From: a virus | Taxonomy: Duplodnaviria; Caudoviricetes | Length of the DNA stretch: 64,000 nucleotides | Reading direction: 5' to 3' (one strand) | IMG/VR virus record: IMGVR_UViG_3300032270_000543 | Location: 85,887-149,886 of that record | Part shown: positions 24,740 to 34,147 of the stretch, piece after piece | Layout of the letters: each line of letters starts with the position of its first letter | Position numbering within the stretch: position 1 is the first letter of the stretch | Position numbers and translations under genes: made by a program | The notes under the pieces: model-generated | The model's input: only the letters and a program-made list of their open reading frames with translations | Told to the model about the DNA's origin: nothing | Databases searched by the model: none

Positions 24740-26091
24740 ACACATTTCGCTCCTATCTCACTGAACTGTTTGATCGTCCGCTTCCTGTGCGTGAAATGAA
24801 GCGGATCGGTCACGGCATGACAACCATTGAAGTCACCTATCAGGCACAGACCGAAAACGGTCAGTACCTGAACATTGATATTACAAAGATCAACAACGGG
24901 TGGGAGATCAACTTCACGCTTGACGGCTCACATGAACTCACCCACGCAGGCAAGCCGTACCGCATACTGGCAACGGTGATTGAAGCCGTAAAGATGTTCT
25001 TGAAGTGGCATACCGAAACATTTGAGGAATTGCCCAAACAGTTTGACATGGTGTCCAAGACATCCGAAGGCAAGCGCGATGCCGTTTACAGTGCCATGAT
25101 GCGGCGGTTTGGCAAGCAGTACGGTTATGAGATCACAGATCGCATGGTGAGCGGTCAAGGACCGCTTCAGAACAAGCGCACGGTGACCACGGCTAAACTG
25201 GCTGTGCTACCGTGGAGCAAAGTGGAAGCGTCTGCCCATCCACCCAAGGGCATGAAGTGGAAAGATCCGCTCAATCCACTGCGCGGCATGATTCCTGAAT
25301 CAAAGGAAGCACGCAAGGCTCTGCGCGTATTTGATTTTGATGATACCCTCGTACACACCAATGCTCCTGTGGGCGTTGTTCGTGACGGCAAGCAAGTACG
25401 CAAACTCACTTCCATGAAGTTCAGGGAGTATTTGCTGCAACCAGGCGAGTCATACGATTTCAGTGCAGCAAACGAAGTTGTTGATCCTCGTCCCATCGGT
25501 GCAGTGCTGAAAGTGCTGCGTCAGGTGATTGCACAGGGAAAGAAAACCGTGATTCTCACGGGACGAGCAGACGGAAACGCTGTTCGTGAATGGCTCAAAA
25601 CCATCGGCATCAACATTGAAGTGTTTACCGTGGGACACAAGGAAGCCACGCACACATCAATTGCACAGCGAAAGCGTGATTGGTTGGTGGCTGCAATCCA
25701 ACAAGGCTATAACGACATTGAGTTCTGGGATGACAATGCAAAAAACATTGAACACGCCAAAACACTGAAGACGGATTTCCCCCACATCAAGTTGCGGACA
25801 CGGCTTGTGAAATACAAGTCGAAGCAGGGCGTACACGAAGAGCGGGACTACAAAGCCGAATATCAAAAAATGTACGGCGGCGACAACCCCACGCCCAAGC
25901 AGCGCAAAGCCATGAAGAAGAAAACCGCACGGAAGCGTGTGCTGCGGCGCATGGGGCGAGAAGGCAACAGCACAGACGGCAAGGAGATTGACCACAAGAA
26001 CGGCAACGCACTGGACAGCCGCCCGTCCAACCTGCGTTTGGTGTCCCGCCACACCAACCGCTCCAAAGACAACAACAAGTGGCGTAAGTAG
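24736..26091 (+). CDS. three-module protein: unknown domain + HAD-family phosphatase + HNH endonuclease-like module
   Basis: MNTFRSYLTELFD; FDFDDT...LTGR...K...WDD; EIDHKNGNALDSRPSNL...N. Confidence 0.8.
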   Translation: MNTFRSYLTELFDRPLPVREMKRIGHGMTTIEVTYQAQTENGQYLNIDITKINNGWEINFTLDGSHELTHAGKPYRILATVIEAVKMFLKWHTETFEELPKQFDMVSKTSEGKRDAVYSAMMRRFGKQYGYEITDRMVSGQGPLQNKRTVTTAKLAVLPWSKVEASAHPPKGMKWKDPLNPLRGMIPESKEARKALRVFDFDDTLVHTNAPVGVVRDGKQVRKLTSMKFREYLLQPGESYDFSAANEVVDPRPIGAVLKVLRQVIAQGKKTVILTGRADGNAVREWLKTIGINIEVFTVGHKEATHTSIAQRKRDWLVAAIQQGYNDIEFWDDNAKNIEHAKTLKTDFPHIKLRTRLVKYKSKQGVHEERDYKAEYQKMYGGDNPTPKQRKAMKKKTARKRVLRRMGREGNSTDGKEIDHKNGNALDSRPSNLRLVSRHTNRSKDNNKWRK

Positions 26092-26180
26092 TATTTTTGA
26101 ATCGTCAGGTCTTTCCGCTCCGACACGCTGGCATTACTAAATAATGCTGACAAGCCAAAATCACTCAAAGGAGAACTCTT

Positions 26181-26909
26181 ATGGCATTCACAGCAGGATC
26201 AGTAGAACTCGCAAAGGCACAGAAACTCGGCAACCAACTCTCTCACTTGTTTAGTTCGCACGGACTGACGGGTGCTGTTGGCTCCACAGGAGCCAGAATG
26301 TTGGAGAAGTACGCGAAGAAACTCGGATTCGGTATCACTGGTCTTACCAGTGGTACTGCATTCCCCCCATTCGGAACCGCCAACTCCACTCTCGGACTCG
26401 GAATTGAGGCTGCTTTGCAGAATCCTCGCGGCGAAACAATGGCAAGCGGATTCAGCCTCGGCGCGTTCGAAGGACAGACTGTTGGTATCTACCTGAAGAA
26501 GTTCGTGAACAGCGGAGCAGGCTACAAGGCTACTCTCCGCACAGGTGTCACGCTCTCGGTTGGAGCCACAAGCGGCGCGGGAACCACATTCGTGGCTCGC
26601 GGTCCTGTTGCCGTGTCCACCTACGACACACTTGACTTCGGTGACGGAGTTCTGTACACCGTTCGCGGATTCACCGCCGCTGCCACAGGAGAAACCGCAC
26701 ACATCGGTGTGTGGAACACAATCACATCCACATACGCCACGGGTTCTGCGTTCACGGTTCTTGCGAACGGAATCACTCGCGGAACAAGCGGAGTTGCTGG
26801 TTCCACCTCCGAGTCGTACACCAGAGGAAACCTAGTGAATGGTGGATACACCGCTGCGGTCTTCTTTGGCAACCCAGCAGGCGGAAGCGCGTACTTCGCG
26901 GTTTCGTAA
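26181..26909 (+). CDS. probable virion structural/decoration protein (G-x-T rich)
   Basis: CTAAATA at 26137-26143; AAGGAG SD; G/A/T/S-rich composition. Confidence 0.7.
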   Translation: MAFTAGSVELAKAQKLGNQLSHLFSSHGLTGAVGSTGARMLEKYAKKLGFGITGLTSGTAFPPFGTANSTLGLGIEAALQNPRGETMASGFSLGAFEGQTVGIYLKKFVNSGAGYKATLRTGVTLSVGATSGAGTTFVARGPVAVSTYDTLDFGDGVLYTVRGFTAAATGETAHIGVWNTITSTYATGSAFTVLANGITRGTSGVAGSTSESYTRGNLVNGGYTAAVFFGNPAGGSAYFAVS

Positions 26910-26915
26910 TAGCAA

Positions 26916-27398
26916 ATGTCAGATGAGTTTGATTTTGGCTTCACGGCGGTAACAGGGGAGGAGTTGGGTTTGGTGGCAACACCACCGACTCCTCCCCCGC
27001 CTTCCGTTTCACCTGATGCCATAGCAAACATCACAGCACAAATTGCTGAACTAAAGAATGCAGTTGCGGCTATCAAGCCTGTTTCCGCATCACAGATCAC
27101 TCGCGTGGAAGAAAAGATTGATCGTGTACTCAATATGGAACTGCATGAATTGAATGCAGCAGTGCAAAGCCAAGGCGAAAATCTGTCGTCCGTGCTTGAC
27201 GAGGTTGAAGAACGCGCCAATGCCACACGGGAAGAGTGCAAAGAAAAATTGCAAGCCGTGGAGAAGATGATTCTGCCTCTCCTAACTAATCTTATGAAGA
27301 ATCCCGAAAAGCCGTACATCAAATGGGAAGGTCGTGCAGAAAAGATTGCTGCACAGATTGATAAGATAACAGCCATCACACGCAGTTACGGAGTCTGA
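26916..27398 (+). CDS. conserved T4-like phage coiled-coil protein
   Basis: FDFGFTAV...PLL.NL.KNPEK.YI.W..R motif. Confidence 0.75.
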   Translation: MSDEFDFGFTAVTGEELGLVATPPTPPPPSVSPDAIANITAQIAELKNAVAAIKPVSASQITRVEEKIDRVLNMELHELNAAVQSQGENLSSVLDEVEERANATREECKEKLQAVEKMILPLLTNLMKNPEKPYIKWEGRAEKIAAQIDKITAITRSYGV

Positions 27399-27400
27399 AC

Positions 27401-29731
27401 ATGGAAGACCTAGAGCCATACAAGAGCCTACGCACAATCATTTTCGAAATTCAGGAGGCTGCGGCTGTTGCTGCTGCTCCAAAGAAGCCAGCACCAAAGG
27501 CTTCGCAACAATCATCACAGCAGAATGCTCCGCAATCAGCGCACAGACCAGGCGAATCATGGGAAACGGCTAGTGGCTGGGCAGCAATGAACAAAGACGG
27601 TGTGAAGGAATACGGATTCTCGGATGAAAAAGCAGCAAAGTCTTGGGCAACAGGCACAGGACCAGGCACGGGCAAGAGTGGCGAGGGTATGGATACCTCT
27701 CGTCCTGTTCAGTTGGACAAGAATGGTGAAAAGCAGAAACCAACAGGAGCAGCACAACCGAATGCAACACCCACAGCAGCCGCAGGAGCAAAACCCGCAG
27801 CACCTCAACCCGCAGGAGGAGCCGCCCCTAAAGCGCAAGCGGCAGCCAGTGATACGCAGCGTACAGCACAACCGCAAGGTAGCCAAAAAGGTGCAGAACA
27901 AAAGCCTGCACAAGCGCAACAGCAGCCAGCGGAAGATCCAGAAGTAAAGTCTGTAACAGGAGAAGATCCGCAGTCCGCGTTTGACGCTCAAGGGCAGGGC
28001 GAGACTGGCAAGGACAACGCTGGTTTCAAGAAGACGGGCAAGAAGGCAAAGTTCAAGACCGAAGAAGACAAAGCCAAGAGTGTCCGAAAGTCTAAAATGC
28101 TTGCTTCGGCAATCAAGAGCGGAAAGATGACTGGTCCGCAGGACGATTCCGAATCGCTCACTGGCAATGCGGAAGCAGAACGCGCTTATGTCGCGGAACT
28201 GAACCACGCTGCTCTGCAATCGGGAATGGGTGGAGATGTGATCGACCACGAACCGTGTTCAAAGATGTTTGCTGCACTGGGCTTTTGCTACGACAAGGAA
28301 GGCAAGCAAACGGACAAGGGCATCAAGCGTCCCGAAATGCCGCAGTTGTCAGGAATCGTTGATACAGACAGAACGGACTCTGTTGCATACAAGGAAGCAC
28401 TGAAGCAAGCCAAGCGTAAGAAGGCAGCAAAGGACAAGTTCAAGACCAACGATCCCACGAAGGATCAGTTGAAAGAAGTGTCCGATGACGAGATTGCTGC
28501 TGCACAGCCATCAAACGAAGAGACTGGATCTGAAGAAGTAAACTTCGAAGAAAAGTTCATTGAAGCACTGAAGAACGCGGGCTATGATGTAGAGGAAACA
28601 GAAGTCAATCCTTCCACACTCAAGCCCATTCAGACAGAGATGCAGGGATCAAAGATTGCAGGAATGTACAGCACCATTGCTGCTGCTGAAGTTGACCCAC
28701 AGACATACGGCAAAGAAGCCGAGCGTCTGAAGGCTCCCATTTTTACATCGGGAGGTCATGTGATTGACGGTCACCACCGTTGGGCTGCCATGATTGGTGC
28801 AGACATGGCAAATGGCAGGGGCACAGACATGAGGATGAAGACACGCAACATCAAGAAGGGCGGCAAGGATGTTGACATTGACGAGATGGTTGCGTTCTCC
28901 AACGCATTCCAACACGCAATGGGAATCACGAATCAAGACCGCAACAGCAAGCCTACTCGCAAGAATTTCTCCGATGCGGAATTGAAGACATCGGAAGAGA
29001 TTGCCAAGGGACTCGGCATCAAGGAAAACAAGCCACAGGCAAAACCACAACCACAGAAGGAATGGACCATGAGCAAGTTTGGCGCAAAGCGTATGCAGAA
29101 CCTTGTCGAATCCCTGAACGAAGCCGCCAAAGCCAAGTTCAAGAAGCCGCGCATCGCAAGCGATGAGCCTGATACATTCGGTGGCGCACCACTAGAGAAG
29201 TCCAAGGCTTCGGTTGGTGGAAAGATGGGCATCAAACCCATCAGCATTGCACAGCAGGTCACCCGCGATGCTCGTTCTGAACTCGCTGTGAAGAACAATG
29301 AGAAGACCGCAGCCGATCTTGTTGCAACGATGGACAAGAAACCTGAAGGCACCACATTTGAAATCTACGGCAAGAAGAACGGCAAAGAAACATCCGTCAA
29401 GGTAAAGAAGGTGCGCTACATGGGCAGTGTGGTGTACATGGTTGGAACCAATCAAGTCGAACTGCGCGTTGCGGGTACAGGACTTCAGATCATCAACAAG
29501 AAGACTAATCGTATGCTGCTTGACCGTGGTGCAGACCTGATTTGGGAAAGCGCAGACTTGTGTGATGTCGGTATGATCTCCATCACAGAGGCAGAATCAA
29601 AGATGCCCAAGAATCGTAAAATGAACGATTGGGATTTGATGTATGTGGATGACTACAAGCGGAAACTCATGGACAAGAAACTCGCTGCACAACAGGCTGA
29701 ACGCGCAAAGGGAAACACGCCGAAGAAGTGA
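27401..29731 (+). CDS. large modular protein with ParB/Srx-like catalytic domain
   Basis: LKPIQTE...PIFTSGGHVIDGHHRWAA; A/P/Q-rich linker; possible internal start at 29069. Confidence 0.75.
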   Translation: MEDLEPYKSLRTIIFEIQEAAAVAAAPKKPAPKASQQSSQQNAPQSAHRPGESWETASGWAAMNKDGVKEYGFSDEKAAKSWATGTGPGTGKSGEGMDTSRPVQLDKNGEKQKPTGAAQPNATPTAAAGAKPAAPQPAGGAAPKAQAAASDTQRTAQPQGSQKGAEQKPAQAQQQPAEDPEVKSVTGEDPQSAFDAQGQGETGKDNAGFKKTGKKAKFKTEEDKAKSVRKSKMLASAIKSGKMTGPQDDSESLTGNAEAERAYVAELNHAALQSGMGGDVIDHEPCSKMFAALGFCYDKEGKQTDKGIKRPEMPQLSGIVDTDRTDSVAYKEALKQAKRKKAAKDKFKTNDPTKDQLKEVSDDEIAAAQPSNEETGSEEVNFEEKFIEALKNAGYDVEETEVNPSTLKPIQTEMQGSKIAGMYSTIAAAEVDPQTYGKEAERLKAPIFTSGGHVIDGHHRWAAMIGADMANGRGTDMRMKTRNIKKGGKDVDIDEMVAFSNAFQHAMGITNQDRNSKPTRKNFSDAELKTSEEIAKGLGIKENKPQAKPQPQKEWTMSKFGAKRMQNLVESLNEAAKAKFKKPRIASDEPDTFGGAPLEKSKASVGGKMGIKPISIAQQVTRDARSELAVKNNEKTAADLVATMDKKPEGTTFEIYGKKNGKETSVKVKKVRYMGSVVYMVGTNQVELRVAGTGLQIINKKTNRMLLDRGADLIWESADLCDVGMISITEAESKMPKNRKMNDWDLMYVDDYKRKLMDKKLAAQQAERAKGNTPKK

Positions 29732-29739
29732 GGTGAATC

Positions 29740-30645
29740 GTGGCAGACGCAAAACTTGATCCCCGTGAATTCAAAATGGCTGGTGATGCCATTACATTCA
29801 CGGAGTACAAGAAAAGATTGAATGCTGGTATCTCAAAGATGCCAAAGGATCTTGGTTTATACCTTGATCTGTTGATTGGTTATTTGAATGGCGAAAAAGT
29901 TTCGGACGATGACTTGAAGAAAGCCCTCTCCAAACCCTCTGTGGTTTTGCACAAGAGAAAGATACTTACAGACTTCGGTGAGACACTTGGTCCTTTAGGT
30001 ATCGTCAGGTTCAAGTTGTTTGATGGCACACCCGCAAACATAATGATCAGATATCCCACTCGTCAGAATGAGGGTATGTACGACTACATGATGTCTTTCA
30101 ACAAAGGTAAAAATTGGAGAAAGATATCGGCAAAGGCAAAGACAGGAAAGTCGAACACGGTCAAGCCAGGAGACATACTCAAACTCCTTGAGGGTGCAAC
30201 CATTCCAACAGAATTGAAAACTGCATACGAATTCGTCAAGATCATTTCGGAAAACACCACTAACGAAGGCTCACAGATTGCTATGAAGTTTTTGCAGTCA
30301 AAGGGTGTTTCAGGAATACCATCCAAGAAATTTGACAAAAAAGTTCTGTGTGAAACAGTGTTTGAAGACATCACAAAGGACACAGGCAATCGTTTTGGCA
30401 ATCAGATGAATGATCTTTTCTGGTTGGCTATTGAGAATGGAGAACTGAACTTCATCAAATTCGGATTGCATGGCGGCACACCAATCTATGATCGTGTCAA
30501 TGACGGCATAGATGTTGTGTTCGAGGACGGTAAAAAGATGAAGCGTGTGGCAAACAAAGAAGACATCAAGCCGCGAGTGTATTTCAGAGGCAAGGGACGC
30601 GAGGCGGGAGAGAAGCGGGCAGAAAAGCCAGGATTCCAAACATGA
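29740..30645 (+). CDS. restriction-endonuclease-fold (PD-(D/E)xK-like) protein
   Basis: DFGE.LGP...NEGMYDY...ISAK motif order; visibly AT-richer than neighbours. Confidence 0.55.
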   Translation: MADAKLDPREFKMAGDAITFTEYKKRLNAGISKMPKDLGLYLDLLIGYLNGEKVSDDDLKKALSKPSVVLHKRKILTDFGETLGPLGIVRFKLFDGTPANIMIRYPTRQNEGMYDYMMSFNKGKNWRKISAKAKTGKSNTVKPGDILKLLEGATIPTELKTAYEFVKIISENTTNEGSQIAMKFLQSKGVSGIPSKKFDKKVLCETVFEDITKDTGNRFGNQMNDLFWLAIENGELNFIKFGLHGGTPIYDRVNDGIDVVFEDGKKMKRVANKEDIKPRVYFRGKGREAGEKRAEKPGFQT

Positions 30646-31184
30646 AACCATTCAAAGACCTACGCGACCACGCATTCGGATCACTTCAACGAATCATGTT
30701 TGAAGAGTTCGATGCTGAACTCACCGAAGAGCAGATCGTTCTTGATATGCCCAACTTCTCGCGTGAGGATGTTATTGATTATTTGGATGAGAATGAGGTT
30801 GAATGGGAAGAGAAGGACGGTATCATCTACATCTTAGATCCTGTAGAAGAAGCAGAGATCACAATTGAAGATGACGAAAACGAAGAAGAGATTGAAGAGT
30901 CTATGGACATCGAAAGCGAAATGCTGAACGAGGTCGCAGCCAAGCGTAAGATCGTGGTTCGTAGAGGACGCAAGAGGATACTGTTCAAGTGTGCGCCTGG
31001 CTTCAAGAAAAAAGGTCCGCGAGTTTGTGTTCGTAGAGCAACAAGTCAGTTGCGTAAAATGAAATTCCGTGCTAAACGAGCAGCAAGAAAGGCTCGTAGC
31101 AAAAAGGCTCAAGCACGCAGAAAGCGCAAGATGTCCATGAGAAAGCGGCTCACATTCGGGCTGCGTCCCCGCAAGAAGAGGTAA
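30642..31184 (+). CDS. prohead-core (gp68-like) protein: acidic N-half, very basic C-half
   Basis: LNE junction then ...AQARRKRKMSMRKR..FGL, resembling the T4 gp68 tail. Confidence 0.6.
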   Translation: MKPFKDLRDHAFGSLQRIMFEEFDAELTEEQIVLDMPNFSREDVIDYLDENEVEWEEKDGIIYILDPVEEAEITIEDDENEEEIEESMDIESEMLNEVAAKRKIVVRRGRKRILFKCAPGFKKKGPRVCVRRATSQLRKMKFRAKRAARKARSKKAQARRKRKMSMRKRLTFGLRPRKKR

Positions 31185-31187
31185 AGC

Positions 31188-32000
31188 ATGATTCAACATG
31201 AGAAGACCGACAATGGTGGGTCGGTTCGCGTGAAGTCGCCCGAAGGATTTTCCACCGTCCATTTCACATACTCCAATCCTGATTCTCCGCTGTCACTGTG
31301 GTGCAGCGTAAGTGCGGGATCATTGCCCCATCTGTCATCAGCAGTGGTCAGCAGCCTTGTGGAACGATATGCTCCATCTGTTTTGTTGGTGGAAAGTGAC
31401 CGCACGGAGATTCGATACGCACCAAAGATTGGCTCTCTGTTTCGTTGTTGGACACACGGCAAACAATCTGTATTAGCAGAAGCGTTCTCTTCACGCGATA
31501 TGTTTAATCGTGTGTGCAGTCTATCCTATGCCATGCAGAATACGGATTTCGTGCGCGTGGAAGGTGATGAAATGAAACTGTATGGATATCATGCAGTGCT
31601 TTCAAAACTGCGAGAGAACACAATGCCTTTCGAGTTCTTAAACCTGAAAGAGGAGTGCGATCACAGCATCAAGTTCGCATCAGCGAAATGTGTAGAGCGA
31701 ATCACTGCTGCCGCTATTGCTGCTCTTCCTACTTTACCAAAATCACAATACAAACGGTTTGATCAAGCACTGCACGAAATATCAGTCAGGCAGCAAGGTG
31801 AACGGGGGTTCGACACCCGCTACTCGTATATTCAAGAAGTGGTGACTGCTGTTCTGTTGCCCGCCGTTGTGCGATTCGGCAGCGATCACCCCTTCACGCA
31901 AACAGTATTTGCAGAGTTTTCGGATAGTGCTTCCATATATGTGAAAGCGTGTGAGGACTTCCTGACAGAACATGGTGAAATAGACGATTCGTTTTCATAA
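31188..32000 (+). CDS. hypothetical protein
   Basis: long ORF in operon packing; GAGG SD. Confidence 0.7.
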   Translation: MIQHEKTDNGGSVRVKSPEGFSTVHFTYSNPDSPLSLWCSVSAGSLPHLSSAVVSSLVERYAPSVLLVESDRTEIRYAPKIGSLFRCWTHGKQSVLAEAFSSRDMFNRVCSLSYAMQNTDFVRVEGDEMKLYGYHAVLSKLRENTMPFEFLNLKEECDHSIKFASAKCVERITAAAIAALPTLPKSQYKRFDQALHEISVRQQGERGFDTRYSYIQEVVTAVLLPAVVRFGSDHPFTQTVFAEFSDSASIYVKACEDFLTEHGEIDDSFS

Positions 32001-32038
32001 ATACTTGTATCATCCCTACATACTAACAGGAGACTACC

Positions 32039-32218
32039 ATGAGCAACATGAGACAATACCTTGCGTGGGTTCAGCAGAATCAGAAAAACAATCCAGCATG
32101 GCGCGATGCCAATGTGTGGCAGAATCGTCATCAAAGCAAGGTTGACGAGCAGAAAAAGCCACAACCAAATCAGTTGCCTGAAGGCACGGAGATTGTGGAA
32201 GAGAAGCCCGAAGAATAA
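32039..32218 (+). CDS. small protein (59 aa; MSNMRQYLAWVQ)
   Basis: AGGAG SD; ATAAATA and CTACATA motifs upstream. Confidence 0.6.
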   Translation: MSNMRQYLAWVQQNQKNNPAWRDANVWQNRHQSKVDEQKKPQPNQLPEGTEIVEEKPEE

Positions 32219-32220
32219 AC

Positions 32221-32889
32221 ATGAAGACCTTTCAGCATGAACTAGTGACGCTAGACGAAAACATAGAAAGCGTAGAAAGCGGCAACGGCAGGAGGTATCA
32301 GACCCCTGACGGTCTTTTTCCGTCTGTGACCACCGTGACAGGATGGAAGAAGCGAGCATTTTTTGCAAAATGGCGGCGCGACAATCCTGAAGAATCCAAG
32401 CGAGTACTATCCCGTGGCACAAAACTACACGCTATCATCGAAACCTATCTCAAAAACGATCTTACGCCAAATACGCTCTCTGAGGCGGCGGGGACCAGTG
32501 AGGCGGATCTTTTTCTGTCCATGCAGTCAGATATTGATCGCATCGGGAAGATTTACGCCATCGAAGTGCCGCTGTGGTCGAAGAAGATCGGCTTGGCTGG
32601 ACGAACGGACTGCATTGGTGAATTCGATGGAGTGCCGTCAGTCATTGACTTCAAGTCATCGAACTATCCAAAGTCAGAGGACGCCATTCAGGACTACTTC
32701 ATGCAGGCTACCGCTTACGCGCTCATGTGGCAGGATCGCACGGGTCAGCAGTTGCGAAATATTGCCATTCTGATCGGTGTAGAGGACGGAGGCTGTCAGG
32801 TGTTCACCGCTGATCCAATGGACTATGTTCCTGATTTGGTGGAAGCAATACAGACTTATCGTGCGGAGCAACCTGTCCGCGTTTCCTAA
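32221..32889 (+). CDS. PD-(D/E)xK exonuclease (RecB/Cas4-like phage exonuclease)
   Basis: PSVTT, RGTKLH, AGRTDC, IDFKSS, Q..AYA. Confidence 0.9.
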   Translation: MKTFQHELVTLDENIESVESGNGRRYQTPDGLFPSVTTVTGWKKRAFFAKWRRDNPEESKRVLSRGTKLHAIIETYLKNDLTPNTLSEAAGTSEADLFLSMQSDIDRIGKIYAIEVPLWSKKIGLAGRTDCIGEFDGVPSVIDFKSSNYPKSEDAIQDYFMQATAYALMWQDRTGQQLRNIAILIGVEDGGCQVFTADPMDYVPDLVEAIQTYRAEQPVRVS

Positions 32890-32904
32890 ATACGGAAGCG
32901 GAGG

Positions 32905-34113
32905 ATGCCTTTGATACGATTCACCGAACATCTGGTTGAGGCTGTAAAAAAGACTGGAAAGAATGTCCACTTGGAGCATCTTGAAGACGAGATGCTGAAC
33001 AGCGGATACTCTGGCTTTGTCAGCAGCATGAAGTCCATCACTGGTTTGATGGACGCTTTGGGCGCAAACGAACCAAGCGCATACGATGTCACCGTGAAGT
33101 GGGACGGCGCACCCGCAATATTCTGCGGAACAGATCCATCAACTGGCAAGTTCTTCGTTGGTACGAAGAGCGTGTTCAATGTGACACCCAAGTTAAACTT
33201 CACTGATGCGGACATAGACGCAAACCACCCCGAGGGTGGACTAAACGAAAAACTGAAACTCGCTCTGAAGCACCTGTCTAAACTAGGTGTGCGTGGTGTG
33301 CTGCAAGGAGACTTCTTGTTCAAGCACGATACTCTGCAACGAGAAAAGATTGACGGAAAAGCCTATCTCACTTTCCAAGCAAACACCATCAGGTACGCAG
33401 TGAGTGCCAACAGCGATTTGGCGAAGCGTATGAGTGCAGCCAAGATGGGAATCGTGTTCCATACTGCATACGAAGGCAACACCATGCAGGACATGAGTGC
33501 GCGGTTCAACCCCGATATCTCGTACTTGAAGAAGAGCAAGGATGTGTGGTTCGACAACGCCACACTTCGTGTTGCCTCTGGCTCGGCACTGTTCAGCCCA
33601 ACGGATCGTAGAACAATTGAAGCCTCAATCCAATCGCTCACGCGCACTGCCGAATCTCTGAAAGCAATACTCAACGCCATCGGAAAGAACGATGGGGTGA
33701 AACAGGCTATCAAAGGATACATCAACTCTCTTGTATCTAAAGGGATTGCCAGTTCACACGCTGATGTGAATCAATTGATTGCATTCCTGCAATCAAAATC
33801 GGCACTCGTCAGGAAGAAACCAAGCACAAAGCCAACACCCACGATGGAATGGATACGGAAAAACCGTAATCAGATCGGTCGGGTGTTCGCCCTACATAAC
33901 TCTGTCGCGCAGTTGAAGTTGGTTGTGCGCGACAAACTTGCATCCCTTGAGGGTGAGGTTTCGACCTTCATCAAGGACGGCAAGGGATATCGCGTCACGA
34001 CACCCGAAGGTTTCGTGGCAATCGACCGCTTGACCAACCAAGCGGTGAAAATTGTAGATCGCCTTGACTTCTCGCGCAGCAACATGACCGTAGAGAAGTC
34101 TTGGAAAAAGTAA
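32905..34113 (+). CDS. DUF6267-like, ATP-dependent ligase-fold protein with capsid-targeting-like leader
   Basis: HLEHLED, TVKWDGAPAIF (KxDG motif I), QGD, PEGFV, VKIVDR; MPLIRFTEHLVE; CTAAATA at 32886. Confidence 0.8.
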   Translation: MPLIRFTEHLVEAVKKTGKNVHLEHLEDEMLNSGYSGFVSSMKSITGLMDALGANEPSAYDVTVKWDGAPAIFCGTDPSTGKFFVGTKSVFNVTPKLNFTDADIDANHPEGGLNEKLKLALKHLSKLGVRGVLQGDFLFKHDTLQREKIDGKAYLTFQANTIRYAVSANSDLAKRMSAAKMGIVFHTAYEGNTMQDMSARFNPDISYLKKSKDVWFDNATLRVASGSALFSPTDRRTIEASIQSLTRTAESLKAILNAIGKNDGVKQAIKGYINSLVSKGIASSHADVNQLIAFLQSKSALVRKKPSTKPTPTMEWIRKNRNQIGRVFALHNSVAQLKLVVRDKLASLEGEVSTFIKDGKGYRVTTPEGFVAIDRLTNQAVKIVDRLDFSRSNMTVEKSWKK

Positions 34114-34147
34114 ACGAGCAGTTGGTTCAGGAAGTGCAATATCGGAG

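Noticed and set aside
32221-32889. Cas4 indicating a CRISPR adaptation module
   Set aside because: It lacks the four-Cys Fe-S pattern and any cas context; it is an ordinary phage PD-(D/E)xK exonuclease.
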